Assembly (NCBI GenBank): GCA_030704615.1
Contig: CM060733.1
Coordinates: 38,378,001-38,442,000, forward strand
Direction of reading: 5' to 3'
Length of the DNA stretch: 64,000 nt
DNA from: Takakia lepidozioides
Lineage: Eukaryota > Plantae > Bryophyta
The notes below the pieces were generated by a model that made no database searches, was not told the origin of the DNA, and was given only the letters and a program-made list of their open reading frames with translations. Positions 62,701 to 64,000 of the stretch are shown here, piece by piece. The stretch's first letter is position 1. Each line of letters begins with the position of its first letter. The position numbers and the translations under genes were made by a program.

Positions 62701-62953
62701 TTTGTTTGTTAGATCATTAGTACAATTATTAGTTCCAATTTAATGAAAGGAGAACAACCAGTTAACCCACCCTTCAAAATAAAATAAAAACTTTATTGAC
62801 ACTATGTACCTGTTAATCTCCTCTAGTTCGTTGAGCCAATGAACAATGCTACAATATTTGTTGAAATGTTAACTTACAGTTCATTTCTTTCTGCATGCCG
62901 CGGTATGAGTAGCCCTCCCCACCTGGTACTTTTTCACACCAACAACAAAATCC
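44777..62953 (-). CDS. HAP2: HAP2/GCS1 gamete fusogen (class II fusion protein); 5'-most exons not resolved or outside the window
   Basis: 14 in-phase GT-AG exons: 62878-62953 (GFCCWC...YRG), 62312-62381 (STAFCLRW), 61293-61392, 60640-60777 (LQGDYSPYTSFP), 58219-58398 (GLTCNKIGVSY...CLSNQL, HAP2-GCS1 domain), 57982-58065, 57473-57585, 56497-56614 (FEAASRYG...VENTG), 55195-55230, 48889-48982, 47927-48015, 47164-47330, 46699-46793 (start of TM) and 44777-46557 (end of TM plus tail). Collinear with Arabidopsis HAP2 motifs from memory. Confidence 0.93.
47569..47625 (-). mobile_element. Tiny L1-type 3'-end insertion with (TAA)n tail in a HAP2 intron; a similar end lies at about 47475-47512
   Basis: Minus strand reads aataaagcttccagggcaaagtcccctgttc(taa)n. 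12-bp TSD TAACAATTATTT at 47557-47568 and 47626-47637. Confidence 0.75.
49400..49675. mobile_element. Two LINE-type 3' ends, head-to-head
   Basis: Minus-strand hairpin at 49479-49495 with its tail to the left. Plus-strand hairpin at 49570-49588, followed by the end shared with 19005-19070 and an A-rich tail. Confidence 0.6.
55582..56405. mobile_element. piggyBac-like non-autonomous element in a HAP2 intron
   Basis: TTAA on both flanks (55578-55581 and 56406-56409). TIRs CCCTTGAGTTCCCAAGC versus CCATTAAGTTCCCAAGC (reverse complement), 15/17 identical. Confidence 0.8.
58780..60510 (+). mobile_element. L1 LINE relics in a HAP2 intron (short 3' end at about 58800-58940, then a longer zf-RVT/3'UTR copy)
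   Basis: Broken frame PLCKKC...DTIEHCLLLCLRARAVW...HALSHLWKTRC, similar to the L1 at 42-43.5 kb. Both pieces end in the hairpin module and A-rich tails. Confidence 0.8.
61881..62205. repeat. Degenerate two-copy tandem duplication (~170-bp unit) in a HAP2 intron
   Basis: ttttgt.aact...agtatcatttta...aaacatc.agaaaaa...aatttgtaacatg...catatacatc.acgagcttaa occurs at about 61882 and 62052. Confidence 0.8.
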
Positions 62954-63284
62954 CTGCAGTTTTAAATTAATTATTGAAATAATTTATCATATGAAAATTG
63001 CCACATATTGAAAGTTACGCGTACTTTGACTAGTTGCATTGTGGACAGTGGCACTACCAAAACCTTATCAACCTCTGCCTGTTTTCCCTTGTCATTTCCT
63101 CCACCCCTTGTCTAGCACTGGGGTGGCGGTACTGCTAAATTTTGCTCTAAACAATGAAGGAAATTTTTAGTAGTTCGAGCTAAAATATCTGGAGCAGGGC
63201 AGTATGGCTGACTCTGGCTAGCAGTAGTTAGCACTAGCATTAGCAAGGCGGTGCGGCCGGGGCCTTAGCAGAGTTGTCACTATT

Positions 63285-63323
63285 TCTTTTATTTTTTTAT
63301 TTTTTTAAAGGGATGAGAGGCCC
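63285..63323 (-). mobile_element. 39-bp L1-type insertion (terminal hairpin plus A-tail only)
   Basis: Minus strand reads gggcctctcatccctttaaaaaaataaaaaaataaaaga. 10-bp TSD TGTCACTATT at 63275-63284 and 63324-63333. Confidence 0.75.
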
Positions 63324-64000
63324 TGTCACTATTGTTAACTGTTAGGTGTGGTCAAATACAAGCTAAATGGTGGCAGCTAAACCTAACAGGTATGGGGTAC
63401 CAAAATGAAAAGTTAACAGAGAATGGGGTACCAAAATAGATCAGAACAAAGTGTATGATTGGGAAAAAACAAAAAAACAAACTGAGGGAATATCTGTGAA
63501 CTAAAATATTTGCTTATATTTACAAAGTTGGACCTAGTGAAGTGCAATAGCTTCATCACTTATTATTACCTTAATAAGCAGACCAGTCCGTATTACTTCA
63601 ACTTTTACTGCCAATATGCAAGGAATAATAATTAATATATATATTTTATATTTTATATTTTAAAACATAAGCGAATTCAGTGGCCCTTTTTCTTAGAAAC
63701 AAATTTTACCTTAGTACGATATTATGCAATTGTGATCCAAAGCCCACTAGTTTTAGCAACAGAGTAAGTGTACCTGACTATCAACTATTCTTGTGTTTTC
63801 TGTTTTGCCGGTCTCGTAATTATAGAAAGCCCTGGAGTATGTGTCAAAAGACAGGAAAATTATTTTTCATCATATGCCCAACTTTTTTTTTTTTAAACAA
63901 AAAACATTTAGGCGTCAAATATATGTGTTCAAGAAACAAAAAAATTATACGGTGGAAAGGAACCAAAAAAATAAATACGCTTTCCTTCAGTAGCGCCTAC

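Noticed and set aside
63570-63775. Further HAP2 5' exons
   Set aside because: Splice-like sites exist, but the candidate exons could not be joined in phase or matched to HAP2 motifs with confidence.

Overview
Eukaryotic, intron-rich land-plant genomic DNA. The transposon content (RTEX-like LINE, pogo-type, piggyBac-like) suggests a non-seed plant; this is an inference. Host genes, left to right: GPN-loop GTPase 2 (-, runs off the left edge), an EXS/ERD1-family membrane protein (-), LSm3 (+), a TMEM205/DUF4149 protein (+), a 3'-half clan-85 cytochrome P450 pseudogene (+), an RHY1A-like RING-H2 E3 ligase (-), and a gamete fusogen HAP2/GCS1 (-, 14 in-phase exons traced, 5' exons unresolved or outside the window). 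Introns and intergenic DNA hold many transposon pieces. Main observations: (1) a covarying stem-loop with a near-invariant 9-nt loop (UUAUUUUUU) recurring in seven LINE-type 3' ends; (2) a young, tail-less RTEX-like LINE family whose ORF runs to 6 nt from its end and that inserts at TCT sites, including a 63-bp copy beside the GPN2 start codon; (3) a HAP2 with a ~570-aa two-part repeat cytoplasmic tail; (4) a TTAA-flanked piggyBac-like element; (5) an isolated 44-nt exact 25S/28S rRNA fragment spanning the R2/I-PpoI target site. All homology calls come from remembered family motifs, not from database searches.
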